In this document: piece after piece, positions 37,204 to 50,859 of the stretch
Layout of the letters: each line of letters starts with the position of its first letter
Position numbering within the stretch: position 1 is the first letter of the stretch
Assembly (NCBI GenBank): GCA_030390025.1
Contig: CM059448.1
Coordinates: forward strand, 7,502,001 to 7,566,000
Direction of reading: 5' to 3'
Length of the DNA: 64,000 nucleotides
Source of the DNA: Squalus acanthias
Taxonomy: Eukaryota
Program-made: the position numbers and the translations under genes
Notes under the pieces: generated by a model
What the model saw: only the letters and a program-made list of their open reading frames with translations
Databases searched by the model: none
Told to the model about the DNA's origin: nothing

Positions 37204-37307
37204 CTGGTAGGATCAACCTCAAAGCTGAGGTGCTGTTTCTCGGGGTCCTTAAGTACAGTTTTTAGCAATGGCTCAAGCAGCTTCTGCAGGTATGTAGCAC
37301 CATAGAC
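37204..37307 (-). CDS. NF1: NF1 exon 29 equivalent (104 nt)
   Basis: VYGATYLQKLLEPLLKTVLKDPEKQHLSFEVDPTR; cag acceptor, AG|gttagg donor. Confidence 0.96.
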
Positions 37308-38905
37308 CTGAAAGCAGCAAGAGAGCACAAGGGTAGTTTGCAATGTAGAAGCAAATCATAACAAGCATATCATAGATGTAAACTTTCCCAGGGATCCAAT
37401 TAAAGATTTGTCAACAAACTTGTACTATCAAAGCTGTGGCACCTTTGCTGTGAACAGTAGCACATTATGGGCACGAAACAGTCGTGCTCGTCATTCACAC
37501 CACACAAAACAGAATGAAACTTCAATTTAAAGCAGTCTGTATTATTAACAAGGGAACCATGTCAAGGCTGTATGTAGCCTGATCTCTGGAGGCAAATCAC
37601 TTGCAAAATTGATCTTCCAATTTATATCTACTGTCCCTTAGATTACTGCCTTCTAAATTTTCTAAGATAACCATGGGGTCTACTTAACCCCCAACCTCCA
37701 ATTAAAAGTACATAAATTTCCTAAATTCCCCTCGGTTAGTGGCAGAAAGCTAGCACGCTAACTGGTGTAACTGCCCATTGGGAACATGCCAATTAAGCTT
37801 GGCATCCTATCAATCTGTTTTAAGATTATATTCAACACAGAAATAATTTATCATTTTTTTTTTAAATAGAAAGATTTCATTAAGGTACAAATTTATATTT
37901 AATAACAGGCACAAGGAAGTTAAAGCAAATCTTAAAAGACTAAGTGGAATCGTTCACCCTCTGAGAAGCTAACGGATAGGATTCCCCACTTCTGCATTTG
38001 CCAGTCTACAATTTTCAGCCAATTCATTTTAATGGATGGTAAAATGTTGTATAGCAAGCATGGAAGCAGAAAAATCCGGCTAAGATCTCTCTGGGCAAAT
38101 GGCTGCATATCTCACACACTTTTTGGTGGAATTCAAATCTGAACGCATTTGGAACAAGAAAAAGTTTTAATTTTGCTCTGCAGAGTTAATAGGAAAGGCA
38201 AGGTACTTTTAATAAAACTGAAGTTCATAAATTCCTGAATGAACACCAAGGCTTCAACAACTGACTGCACACAAATGGATCAAGACATTTCCCCCGTTAT
38301 TAACTGGATTAGAAACAGAGACTTGCATTTCGCTACCATTGTTTTTTCGACCATATAGAAACTGTGCTTCAGAAGGGACTTTAAAAGGGAAGCACCCCAA
38401 ACATATTACAAATATCAGATCTCCCAAGGCATTGTTCATGGTGAGCAGATATGCCATTTTATAAAGATAGGAGCATTACACCATGTAACAAACAAAATGT
38501 ATTATTCTGCCTCGTGTAACTCATATCACTTAAAGGCATAACGTCTAAGTGCTGTACCATATCCTGGGGTCAATTATAGATTAATTGCTTGGGCAGATCC
38601 TGGAGTCAATTAGAAGGTATTTTCTGTTACTGGGGAAAGCTTCTTTGTAGGTTAGCTTGTAAATCCCTGGCTCCTCTGAACAAACCAGCAGAGAAAGGAC
38701 TGGATTTCTTTTTGTTTGCAGGAAAGAAACAGCATGCATAATCAAGTGTGATGGGCACACATTAATACTTGTAGTTAGTTAGATAGAATGAAATGAGTTA
38801 CCCAATCAAGAGCATTACACCATGTAACACAAACTGTAACCAAAAAAAAGTCACATATTACTAATCTCAAAAGCCCTTACGAGCATAAATGTGTGGCAGA
38901 TTTAC

Positions 38906-39067
38906 CTTAAAACAGAAAGTCATTATTTTACTCGCAAGGCTGTTGCCTCTAAAGAGGGTCTGCATGGAATCGGCGAGCTCAACCTCCTTAGAGAACATGT
39001 TCCAAAGCAGCTGGTAGAGAAGATGACGCGAGTCAAATAACGTCACCAGCACACGAGCAAGCTCATC
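38906..39067 (-). CDS. NF1: NF1 exon 28 equivalent (162 nt), carries the RasGAP arginine finger
   Basis: DELARVLVTLFDSRHLLYQLLWNMFSKEVELADSMQTLFRGNSLASKIMTFCFK; FRGNS motif intact. Confidence 0.98.
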
Positions 39068-39704
39068 CTGGGGTGGGGGGGGAGAAAACAAACACATCTA
39101 CATCAATTACAGAACTACAAAAAGTAATTGGAGATGTTGAATAAACTACTAGAAAGAACAGCGCAGGGTTAATGCATAATGCCAGTGAGAAGCAGCAAAT
39201 AATTAGGTTCGAATAGGACTCTTTAAAAAGGTTTTCCTGTCTGATATTTTTACCTCCCCCCCCCCCCCCCAAAATAAAATGCTTTTAATTAATTTCTACA
39301 CAACCAGAATGACTACTAGGGTCACTTTCCTATAAATACATATTACGAAATACAAAAAAAGTGGCATTTTCAATACAAACAAGCAAAACACAGTAACTAA
39401 TTAACTCTTATAGGAAAAGCTTCGTGCAATGGGTTAGGTCTAGTTACTGCGCTCAATAAATGAGAACACTAAATTAAAGGGCAATATTGGTGCTCTAATT
39501 TGAATGGGGTGTAGAGGAGGCAACTACTCCCTTCCCCGAGGGCTGTTTAAGAGGCAGGTGCTGAGCTTTTGACTTGTATTCCGGGGACAAGATTCGCATC
39601 CAGAAACATGTCGGATGGCACTGCCCATTTAGATGATCAGCAGCTGTCCACTGGCAGTCCTGTAAAAGCATCATCTCAGCTCCCTCCCCCACCTACAAGG
39701 TCTG

Positions 39705-40046
39705 GAGGTTTGATACGTTCTCGTGATGTGGGCAAGACTGGCATTTATTACCGATCCTTATTGATGCAACCGAGTGGCTTGCTGGGCCACTTCAGAGAGC
39801 AGTTCAGAGTTAATCACGTTGATGTGGGACTGGAGTCTCATATATGGGCCAGACCAGGTAAGGACGACAGGTTTCCTTCTCTATAGGACATTAATGGATC
39901 AGTTGGATTTTTACGACAGTCCAACAATCTTTGTGGTCACTTTAACTGATGCCAGTTCTTTATTTCCTGATTTTCTTTTTAAACTGAATTCAAGTTCCCT
40001 AACCGTCATGGTAGGATTTGAAATCAAGGTCTCCGGATTACTAGCC
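39705..40046 (-). mobile_element. tRNA-headed SINE (family of 22413)
   Basis: reverse complement shares ctagtaatcc.gag..ttcaaatcc head, body and LINE tail. Confidence 0.75.
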
Positions 40047-42189
40047 CTTCACACGGCGGATCTCCCAAGACTGCTTTCAGAATTGTACAAGTTAAAATCT
40101 TTCCTCTTAAGGGGCAATAACCGAAGCAATCTTATTGGTAACTAGCATTTTCATTATGAAGGACCATCCACCCAGACCAAAGAATAACCAGCCCCTTTGA
40201 AGTCAGTCAATGGATAAAGTCACTACTCCAGACCTGGATGCCTAAACTTAACTTTTTCAACTGTGTCAGCTTATTTACAAATCTGGGTAAGCTAATTACG
40301 ACAAGCCCGTTTCCACCCAGTGGAAGTCATTCAAGCATTGAAAAAAATATGCAACAAATATGCAAGGAGAATGCTCAAACTAACTTTAGTTTTTAAAAAG
40401 ATCAATGAGACCCATCTGTTAAGAATTTTTTTTTTTTTTTGCCCAAACCCAACTTTCTGCTGGTTTCCACTGGCAAGAATGTGCAAGAGTCAAGGTTCAG
40501 GTCTAGTGCTCAGCTCCAACCAAGTCATGCTAACCTTTTTACAACTGCTACCCAGACCTTAGCTACATGAAGCTGCCATAAGCATATCACCACCACGAAA
40601 GAAATGACTAAAGGAACTACTTAAAACCCGTTCTCTGCTCAAAGCAGTTGGAGAATTACTGCAATTGGTTCAAGAGTGCATTTTGCTTGTGTGCACATTT
40701 TAAGCTTTCCTACCTGTTGGTTGAGATTTGTGACTGGCCCAATGGAAGTCTGTGGTAAAAATGAAGAATTGCATTTTTTTGAGCTACATCCATGCAGTAC
40801 TTTTCAAGAAATTGCAATTTGTAAAACTCAACTGCGGGAACTGTTTAATAGGCCGCAAGCAGTCCAATTCCATGGAACTTGCCCCGATTTTTTTTTTTGG
40901 GTGGGGGGGGGGCAGGGGGAGAGAGGGGGCGTGGAAAAGAGGGGGCGTGGAAAAAGAGGGGAAAAGCAGCTTCAGAGGAAAGCCAGCATCCTATCACTCC
41001 CCAGAAAGTCCCCAAATAATTGAGATGTATTCTGATGTATTTTTATTTCCCTGTGGGGAAGTGAGTGACCTCTGCTTCCACCTTGCCCTAATGATGTGGG
41101 TAATTTGCCCTGATGTTAGGAGTAGTGTTTTGGGTGGGGGGTGGGGGGGGGGGGGGGAAGAGAAAGAGCAGAGGGGAAATCAATTTCCCAAACCAGCACC
41201 CTGCCATACCATTTTGTAGCACCACAATGCTACCTGGACTACTTAAATGCAATCTACTTCTGACGTTTGTGCATGCATGAACGTGCAATGGAGATGCTGG
41301 GAGTTGTAGCTGTGTCCTGGGTTTACGGTTATATCTGATTGACCTGCACGTGTGATATGTTGAACGGAGAATTGCGGTTTATCATCTTTTTAAATGGCAT
41401 TTATATGATAACAGGTATTACATGTGCACCGTACAAACTATAAACAATTCTCATTTTAAAAATGTGTTCAATACACACAAATGCAAGGGGGGGGAGGGGG
41501 GGGAAGGGGGAAAGAGCAAAGAGGACATGGCCACACTCAGAGGCGGCAGGGATGAAGACAGGCAAAAATGGGAAGGTGGAAACTGGACGCGCCACGGAAT
41601 GGGCCAATGATAAACATGGAGAAAAACAAACAAGAACCCACACTTATTACTCCGGCCCAGGTCTAAATTTCTTGCATATACTTTAAACTACGTTAATTAA
41701 CTGAAGGTTGTACTTACCGCACCAAGATCTCATTGAATGAAATTGTAATTCTGGTCCTCTGACTAATACTTTACTCAGTGTTGCTATGAACTATTCTTGT
41801 AACTTATGTGCAATTAACTTTGATTAGAAGTACATAACAAAAAATAGCCATCGACCACAACTGAGCGACATGCAGTAATTGACGCCCTTCAGCTGTCAAG
41901 TACAATACCTTATTTTATCAAAGCAACCTGACAATAACAGTCCTCTCACTCTCCACGTCTCTTTCTCCTCCACCACCACCCCACAAATTTGGCACGATTT
42001 ATTGGAGAACCACAATGCTACCCAAACAACTTTACGTATTATAACACACTGCAATTCTAGAAATCATCAGCTGTGTAATATAATAGTCAAGCATCAAAGC
42101 TCAAGAATTTTATGCTTTTCTGCCACCTTCAGGCAAAGTCAGATATGGCACTTACCTCATGTCACAGGTTATGAATGCTTCAAACAGAG

Positions 42190-43570
42190 GGCTTGCTAGA
42201 CAAAAAAAGGCCAAGGTTCATCTAGTTCGCCATCTAACATTCTGGCAGTCGCATAATACGAGAATGGAGTTGTTGACTAATCGTGGCAATCAGTTTATCA
42301 TCAATTAGTCTACAGCAGAGCCAGACACAAGGCGAAGAAAACCCACCAACGGTGCAAAGCTTTAGGAACCATCGGTTCACAGAATCACAGAATCCCCACA
42401 ATGCAGATAGAGGCCATTTCGGCCCATCGAGCCTGCACCGACACATATCCCACCCTATCCCCGTAACCCCACGTATTTAATCCCCCTAACACTAAGGGTC
42501 AATTTATCATAGCCAAATCAACCTAACCCGCACATCTTCGGACTGTGGGAGGAAACCGGAGCACCCGGAGGAAACCCACGCAGACACGGGGAGAATGTGC
42601 AAACTCCACACAGACAGTCACCCGAGGCCGGATTCGAACCACTATGCCACCGTGTTGCCCGGTTCTATCTGTTCCTCCCAAGCCTGCTACACTTACCATA
42701 TTACTATCACCTATCAAATTACTCCTACTGTATCCCAAAATATTATTTTCTGTAATAAATACATCTAATTTTCATTTGAATAAATCAACACTTCCTGCTT
42801 CCATCGTCTCCTTAGGGAGTCTGCTCCATAGATTCACCACTCGTTCGGTGAAATAATGCTTCCGCAAATTAGTTTTGAATTTAGCCCCTTCAAGTGTAGG
42901 CAATGTTTTCTGGTTTTACTGTCCAAGACAAGGTGAAACAGCTCGTCATATTCTACATTATCTAGTCCCTTTAGAATCCGAAAAACAGCAATCGTATCAC
43001 CTCTCAGCCTTCGCTTTTCCACTGAGAACATGCCCAATTTACATAATCACTCCTCATAATTCAATCCCTCCCTCCCCTCAATCATTCTGGTTGCTCTCTT
43101 CTGCATCCTTTCAATAGCTGCAACATCCTTTCTGTACTGCAGCGACCAGACCTGCACACAGTATTCAAAGTGCAGTCACGCCAATGATTTATAAAGTGGC
43201 AGGATGACCTAATTATTGTGGCTCAATAGTGACCTTTTAACACAACCCAACAGCCACGGAGCATCGTTGCGATAGCTTCAATTTATTGTCAATCAGGATC
43301 CCCAGGTGTCTTTCATTTAAGTAATAATCCCTTGCTGGATTTTTTTGTCCCCACGTGAAGCACTTCACATTTCTCTGTTAAATTTCATCTGCCACCAGTC
43401 TGCCCAATTACCAAGTATATTCAAATCATCCTGTAGCTTATCCCGTTCAGCTCTGTAGTCTACATTAGCTTCGTATTTTCTGCAAATGTAACCACTGCAC
43501 TTCCATCATTTATGAAGCTATGAAACAAAAGAAGTCCCAAAACAAACCCCTGTGGGACCCCACTGGCAAC
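42190..43570 (-). mobile_element. old CR1 LINE 3' fragment containing the HE1 insertion
   Basis: SGVPQGFVLG; MFSVEKRRLRGDTIAVFRILKG. Confidence 0.8.
42379..42659 (-). mobile_element. HE1-type V-SINE with deletion in the tRNA head, inserted in a CR1 3' end
   Basis: close match to the reverse complement of 5808-6121; short cggttc duplication at the flanks. Confidence 0.9.
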
Positions 43571-44509
43571 ATTCTCCCAGGCTGATGACAAACCATGTAC
43601 CACCACCAATGCTGTAATAACCATTAGAAATGGTGGTGAAGTAAATATAGTCAAATTAATTCACAGTGTTGATGGCATAGAAATAAACCCAATTCCAAGA
43701 TTAACGATGACTTAAGAACACAAGTACAATTCAACAAATTATTCCCGTTCCTAAGAGCACTTCACTACCTCTTCAGATAGGGACTAATTCAATCAATCAG
43801 TAAAATTATGCACTTTGAGAATAGGCACTAAAATACACAACTAGGATATTGACTCTGTGGTTCAGCTTCATCGTGAATATAGCTTGGAAGTAAAAGCATT
43901 TAATAGGCAAGTGACAAAATTAAGTAGCCATGACATGACTCCTTCCTTGGTCTTCTCATCCATCATCCATGAACTGAATTGGCTCATTCGTGAAGATGCT
44001 ACGAGGCAGTCTAACTATATGCATTTAATAATTTTATTTTTGAAAATTAGATCAGTCTTGCATGCAGAGGTGCGATTATGCAGTGGACACAAAACAGAAA
44101 GCATTGTGAAGCTATTTGGTGCATCTCAAGTTGGAAAACAAGAAACATTAAATGACAATTAGAGTATTGCAACCTTTTACAATAAAAGATGCAGTATGTA
44201 AATTTCCGTGTAAATAATTTAAGTGTATACTAAATGGTTAATTCTTTGAGGGGGTGGGTGGGTGAGAATGCATGTTATCTTGCATTTGTCACTCCTCTCT
44301 TCGCTCACGTTTTACTCTACCACTCATATTCCCAAACAACATGAGGACCTTAGCACGAGAATCATACATCCAGAGCAGTGTCTCCTCGCACAATGCATTG
44401 GAACACAGACACTACAATCCCCTTCCTCCAAATAAAAAAAAGATATGAATCACAAACATTTTGAGCTCCTTCTTAATATGGGTGATGTTTCCAAACTAAG
44501 TCCACTTAC

Positions 44510-44721
44510 CCACTGTGAGCAAGGCACCACATTAGCTAGAGCCATTGCAATGGGCAGCTCTCCCTGATCTCCCATCATGGTGACCAACTCCACAAGTCTT
44601 TCAAACCGATCAGCCAGTACCGTTTCTGCAAGTGTGTCAAACTCTGTGCCCTGTTGAAGAATTTTAGTTAGCACTTCCATGAATGTAGCTCTTGTTTGAA
44701 GATCTTTATGGTACCCCAAGC
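44510..44721 (-). CDS. NF1: NF1 exon 27 equivalent (212 nt), start of GAP-related domain
   Basis: GLGYHKDLQTRATFMEVLTKILQQGTEFDTLAETVLADRFERLVELVTMMGDQGELPIAMALANVVPCSQW; TGG|gtaagt donor. Confidence 0.98.
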
Positions 44722-45958
44722 CTAAGCACAGTAAAACAAAAAAAAAATCCAATTAGGGTTTTGTTATGGCTGGGTAGGGAACACAAGACTAAACTTCAAA
44801 ACATCATTTTTGTCAAAGGGCATTCATTGTAAAAGGATTTTCTAAAAACAATTCTTCTAAATAAACGTTAGCATGATTCATAAAACCTCAACAATGCTGA
44901 AATCCAGCATCAACCCAACACAAACGAAATATGCTAAGCGAGCACGCCTTGGAAAATTCACCACACTGGTAGAGACCCAAATTTGTCAACCTTGGAATCA
45001 TATTTTAGGATGCTTTACCGCAACTTCCCAATTTCATTTCTGATTAAGATAACCAGCAGAGGAACACAGACAGCCTTTATTCTGACGCAAGCTGGGCAGC
45101 ACAAGACACACAAACCAAAGCTATCTTGTTATTTGCTGAATCTCCACTCGTCCAATAATAGCAATTTAAACCATCACCTTTTTTTAAAAAGTTAAATTTT
45201 TTTTTTTAATTGTTCAGTTGTGACAACACAACTAGTCTGCTAAGACTTAAGCCTGGATCAGGAATTCTACGAACTTGCACTGCACTATAAACTAAAACAG
45301 ATAATAGCAATAATATATTTTATACATGTTACTGGAAATTGTGCTGTTGCTCTTTGCAACTCTGCAGTTGAAAGCTTAGACTTGATATGTTCAGCATATG
45401 AAAAACCAAGAAAACCCAGGAAGAATCTGTCCGATAGCCCAGTTAGTTTTAAAAAAGACTGCCCAGTCTGGGACTCAAGTCTTGCAGATCAGGAAGGTCT
45501 GAGTTTTGATCCAAGTCTGTGCTGAGTTAGCTGATCTCAGGAGGGGGGTAAAAGTGACACAAATCACTATCCCGTGACCCTTGTTGAGATGTGCATGCGT
45601 GGCTGTCGGTTCAGGACAGTATGTGAGGTCATTGATGCTAAAAACAGCCCAGTCCAGACTCAGGTGAAAAATAGCCAATTAAAAAAGGCTGCTGGTTGAT
45701 GCTCATGCAAACGTAACTCAGTTTGAATCAGCACCCCCAGGAGATAGTGGGAGAGACGTTTCATCTTTAGTTGAGAAACGTTATATACAACAGGACTAAA
45801 TCTAAAGTAGCTTGATTTATTTTTGATTCAAATATTTTCATCCAAGCCTGGATTTGCACGTAATTGGGTTCTGATCAGCTGCCCATGAAAAATATTGAAT
45901 TCAATCTGCATAGTGAATGCTTTTGAAGAAGTTATAAATAAATAGGCGTTTTGTTCAC

Positions 45959-46140
45959 CTATGGAGTGCATAAGCCCGCTATCTACATTTGCGTTGAGAA
46001 GGTTGGACATGGCAAGAACTGTGCAGTGCCTGAGTGACGCAAGGCGCCGCGACATCCCTCGTTTTCGTCCACCTGTTTGTGCCGTTTCCTCCTCCACTTC
46101 ACTGCAGTCATTTAGCAAATTCATGAAGAGAGTAAAGTAC
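45959..46140 (-). CDS. NF1: NF1 exon 26 equivalent (182 nt)
   Basis: YFTLFMNLLNDCSEVEEETAQTGGRKRGMSRRLASLRHCTVLAMSNLLNANVDSGLMHSI; GT-AG. Confidence 0.97.
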
Positions 46141-46301
46141 CTAAGGAAGAGCAACATTTTATGTGAATTTTTTTTTTTTAAGTTTAAAAAATTGTAAGCA
46201 CAAATATATGTGGCAGCTGAGGAATTTTCGGGCACAGTTCAAATCACCATCACATTTCAACATTTGGATTTGTTACCTCAAGTGTCCTGAACTGGACTTA
46301 C

Positions 46302-46418
46302 TTGAGGAAGAGCTGTGATTTAGCCTCCATTAGTTCCACGCCATCCCCCTCTTCTGGCTGCAAAGGTAACCCAGCAAGCAACGACACCACCGCCTCCATG
46401 CTCGCCTGGTCAAGGTCT
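46302..46418 (-). CDS. NF1: NF1 exon 25 equivalent (117 nt)
   Basis: DLDQASMEAVVSLLAGLPLQPEEGDGVELMEAKSQLFLK; AA|gtaagt donor. Confidence 0.97.
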
Positions 46419-47854
46419 CTGTAGAAGACATCCATAAAAAACAGGCACAAACTGATTTCAGGTTTTTTTTTTTAAACTTCACCTAACATGTTCTTTTCTT
46501 TTTGCGTTGTCAAGTCATTTTTTTTTTTTAAAAACACCAACATAAATCAAATTTAAGATTCGAATGCTGATTAGATTTTTATTCCATGCAAAGTTATTGC
46601 AAAGATCCTTGCATCAATAAATCTTAAAAATACTAGGTTGCGTTGCCTGGGCATTTGACGATAAAATCAAAACAAGTTTCTCTAAACTTGGGGGGAAATT
46701 TCCCCGATGCACTGCATGTAACACAATCATAAAGTTGCTCTTTATAAACAAATTCATGATTTTATTACTTATTGGATGTGGAGAAAATCCCCCCCCCCCC
46801 CGCAAATATGAGTCAGTTGTATGACCACATTTAGGATAATGTACACAATTTTGGACACCTTGTCAAAAGAATGCATGAAGCGAGTTTGAAGAATTTAGGC
46901 ATGGATGACTCCAGGATTTAGGAGACTCACTTCAACATTTGATTGGGGGGAGGGAGGGAGGGCGAGAGAGAGCGCGCAAAATAGAACAAAAATGCAAGAA
47001 AGAGGACAGAGAAAGAGAAAAATAAAAATAAAGAAAATGACAGAGAAAATAAATTCAGATCTTTGAAATGCTCGATCCTCAAGGTATGTATGTTGTATAC
47101 AACCACTGAACCAGCATATATTACTGCACAACTGAACAAAAATATTGTTAGCTACTTGAATTTTTAAAAATGCTTTAAGACATTTAGATAAGGAGCACAT
47201 TTGACTTAAAACAGAACTGGAAGACACTAGTTTAAAATTATTAAGCCTCAAGTGAGATGAGAGATTACAGAATTTATTTTAACACTCAAGAGTATTGGAT
47301 CTGTGGAACAACAAAGCAATGAATGTTATGTGGAATTGCTCAAAATAAAACTAGATACATATCTGTTTCATTGTGGAATTGAAGGTTGCAGTGGACAATT
47401 ATTAGACGGATTATCAAATACTCCTGTGACACAATGGGTCCAGAGTTGCTGGGACTGGAAGAGGACAGTAATGTGTGTGAGGGGCAGCAACCACGATCAA
47501 ATAATGGAGATGTGGGAATGGACATATATTCTGCACTTTGGTTGATTACCTTTGGGACTTGGGAGTACATTGGGACAGGACGAGGCCATTCAGCCCCTCG
47601 AGCCTGTTCCGCCATTCAATTAGATCATGGCTGATCTGTATTTAAGCAAATCTTTTCCTCAAGTATTTAAATTGGTGCGGTGGATGGTAAAATAAGTCGG
47701 CTTGAAAAGTTAGAAGGCTTTTTTTCTTGCTCCAGGCTTTATTATATACTCTTAATAAATACAAATGATCACTTCAAGGAAAGAGGACGATCTCTTAAGC
47801 ATTCATAAATCTCAGCTTGGAAACATTTAATGGAGGAAAAAAAAAGGGCTTTAC

Positions 47855-47938
47855 CTCGTTAAGCATTTCACATCATCATCAGCAGCCTGGTTTGATGTTC
47901 CCATAACCCAATCCGTCAGGTACTCCACCATCTTGTTC
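47855..47938 (-). CDS. NF1: NF1 exon 24 equivalent (84 nt)
   Basis: NKMVEYLTDWVMGTSNQAADDDVKCLTR; GT-AG. Confidence 0.97.
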
Positions 47939-48193
47939 CTGGACACAAAAAAAGTGTAAACTAAACACCATATTGCAGCACGGGTTCACAGCATCAATCT
48001 CCCAACCCAGCTGATCTCCCAATTTCAGACGTTGATGACAAACATCTGCTTACAAAAGGAGGAAGAAATATCATTCACAATTATGACAACTTGCATCAAT
48101 ACTCCTTACTTATATCCCAAGTCTCTGGATACTATAATTCTTGGTCATCTTTGTATTTCCTCATCCCAGTAACATTTGTATTAAAATGCTCAC

Positions 48194-48316
48194 CTAAATT
48201 TCATCTCTTGACAGAAGGAGAGATCATCTCGTCTCTCCATCATTACTTCCACCAGTTGACAGAGTTTGGTTTTGATCTGGATTGCATGGACTGTATTCCC
48301 AAGGACACGTACATAC
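48194..48316 (-). CDS. NF1: NF1 exon 23 equivalent (123 nt)
   Basis: YVRVLGNTVHAIQIKTKLCQLVEVMMERRDDLSFCQEMKFR; AG|gtgagc donor. Confidence 0.97.
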
Positions 48317-48599
48317 CTGCATTGAACAGCACAACAGGACAAGCTGAAGTCATGTAATCTGGAACTTATTTGGGGAATTTATCTTTAGCACCTACTTGGT
48401 ATGTGAAGAGAGTGAATGCTAATACAGCAATGTCAGGTGATTAAAAGATTAGTTGGGTCAGTCGTTTGGCATGACACATGAAATCAGTTCTCAAATAAGC
48501 AGCCGAACGATATGGATCGGCCACTCGCATCAATCTGCTACTCCTAGAATCTAAAGCAAATTAAAGGCCACCTGACTTTAAAGGTACAGCTGCTCTGGA

Positions 48600-49260
48600 T
48601 GTTGTGGTCAGAGCTCCTGCCATCTCCACCCTAGCTTCTCTCAGCAACCAAGACGCACCCCATCTGAACCGAGTGACGCCAACCTATTTAGCACCACCTT
48701 TATCCTATCCAATATCTCTGCTCCCCACTCTTCGACTGCAATATTAACTTTATCCTCTTTTGTGAAGAATGATGCAAAAGTACTCATTCAGTAACTCTGT
48801 CATGCCCTCTGCCTCCACAAGATGATTTCCTTTCTTGTGCCTAATTGGTCCCACTCTTCCTTTAACTATTTATGTATATATTATTTATTTTAAAAATTGG
48901 GTTCCCATTTATATTGCCCACTAATCTTTTTCATACTCTCTCTCTGTCCCTATTATACCCCCGGCATTCTGCCTGGTTTTCGATTGCATTCTGTACCTGG
49001 CATGTCATAAACCGCCTTTTTCTCTTTTATTTAACCTCTATTTCCTTTATCATCCAGGGAGTTTTCTAGCTTTGGATGCCCCATCTTTCTTCCTTATGGG
49101 AATATGTTTGGTTTGTACCTGAACTACCTCCGCCATCAAGGTCTGCCACTGCTCATTAATTGCTTAACTTGGTCAATCTTTGTTTCCAGCCCACCTGTGA
49201 TAGATCCCTTCTCAAATCATTCATATTGGCTCTCTTCTGGTTGGCTATTTTCACCTTTGA
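48600..49260 (-). mobile_element. decayed CR1 ORF2 upstream fragment
   Basis: NQKRANMNDLRRDLSQVGWKQRL-like segment and ctgaatgagtacttttgcatc motif. Confidence 0.6.
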
Positions 49261-49541
49261 GGTGATCCAGTTAGCCTCAGTTCCCCAGGTGAAGGGAAAT
49301 GGGAAGAGAAGGTAGGAAAAAAGGGAAGGGTTTCGGATTCCATTTGCCACTGTTGGAAGTGCACACATGTGGACTTTGGGTGCAGCCAGGATTGGGCTTG
49401 CTGTGATGCCACCCCACCCCAGAGACAAATTGCCCACCAACATTCACCATCAAGGCTCATGTATGAATAATGGCTACTTGTGCATGGTAGTCGAAGAAGA
49501 CCAGCAGCTATGGTACCAATGGAAGGAGGCAATGTCTTCAG

Positions 49542-49673
49542 NNNNNNNNNNNNNNNNNNNNNNNNNNNNNNNNNNNNNNNNNNNNNNNNNNNNNNNNNNN
49601 NNNNNNNNNNNNNNNNNNNNNNNNNNNNNNNNNNNNNNNNNNNNNNNNNNNNNNNNNNNNNNNNNNNNNNNNN
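49542..49673. other. assembly gap (132 N)
   Basis: run of N. Confidence 1.
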
Positions 49674-49806
49674 AATTGAGCATCATGGTCTCAATGCTGG
49701 CCTGTCCCAGGTGCTCTGAACTGCCATCAGTGTGATTATCGAGTAAGTTCTTCATAATTGCTATAGTCTGTTCCACAAATGGTGTGTTTGTATCATTCAA
49801 TAAAAC
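49674..49806 (-). CDS. NF1: NF1 exon 22 equivalent, 3' end lost in assembly gap
   Basis: VLLNDTNTPFVEQTIAIMKNLLDNHTDGSSEHLGQASIETMMLN then N run; about 7 nt and the donor are missing. Confidence 0.95.
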
Positions 49807-50265
49807 CTGTATGAAAATACAAGTTATACTTTAGGGAGCATCATCGTGTTCATTTAAAACAATGTATCTGTAATAGCTCAGCCAAATGGGAATGCAGTTC
49901 CCTCTGTCATACCCCAAAATTTTACTGAAAAGAAAAACCCACTATAGTCTGTTACTGAAACACAAAAACCTGAAGTATTCAACATTTGGCATAAAATAGA
50001 AGACAGGTGCATATTTAAACTGCTCTTCTGCAGGGCAATGCCATCAGATACTGCAGTATAGTACTTCATAAGTACAACAATTACTTCAAGAAGTGAAATT
50101 ACATGAAATACACCTAATTATGCTTTTAATCAATTTCAACACCCTCCATCCACAATGACACAAACTTGGATAACATAATAGAGCGAGCTTTGGGCTCATG
50201 TTATTTTAATTCAATAGCCATTTAAGTAAAAGGTGACCAGTAAGTTCAGTTACTTGGATACTCAC

Positions 50266-50706
50266 CTGACCTTGCAAGTCAAAAAACCTGCTGATGCAAT
50301 TTTTCAGCTTGTTGAAGAGCATTGGGTAAAGTACAGGGCTCAGCTCCAGTCCAACCAGGTCTTTAATGTTAGTCCTAATCTGAAGCCCTACTTTTTCATG
50401 ATTGCACACCATCAGTGTGAGCAGCCGTTCCAAAAATTTGCTGACTGGAGTCTCTGCGCTTCCTTCAGTTGAGACCATAGATATCATGGAACCCTTCCTT
50501 TCAGTGATTGGCCCCATGGGAGGGCTGTATGTAACTAAGCCTGGGTTAGTGCGATGCTGGAGACAGACACCTCCTATTGCACACAAGAAGCCTGTCATGT
50601 TAATCCATTCCTGTAGAGAATCAGTGTCCGACAGGTCTATCGAGCCACCCCCACTTACATGTGACATCCGGCGCTTAACAAGCGTCTTATGAAGACTTTC
50701 TGTCAC
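50266..50706 (-). CDS. NF1: NF1 exon 21 (16) equivalent (441 nt)
   Basis: VTESLHKTLVKRRMSHVSGGGSIDLSDTDSLQEWINMTGFLCA...SRFFDLQGQ; CAG|gtgagt donor. Confidence 0.98.
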
Positions 50707-50859
50707 CTAAATGTGGAAGCATTTGTCAGTACATATTATAGCAAATGAATTATTAAAAAGGGAAGAAATTATTCTAAGTGTACAACAGAACCAAACTTTT
50801 ATTAAAAAAAAGGCTTCACCAAAATATAAACAAATTATGCAAGTCACACAAGAAAAGCA

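Noticed and set aside
46277-46301. Alternative downstream donor (GAG|gtaaca) for exon 25
   Set aside because: Adds 25 nt and frameshifts; the canonical gtaagt donor gives the conserved length
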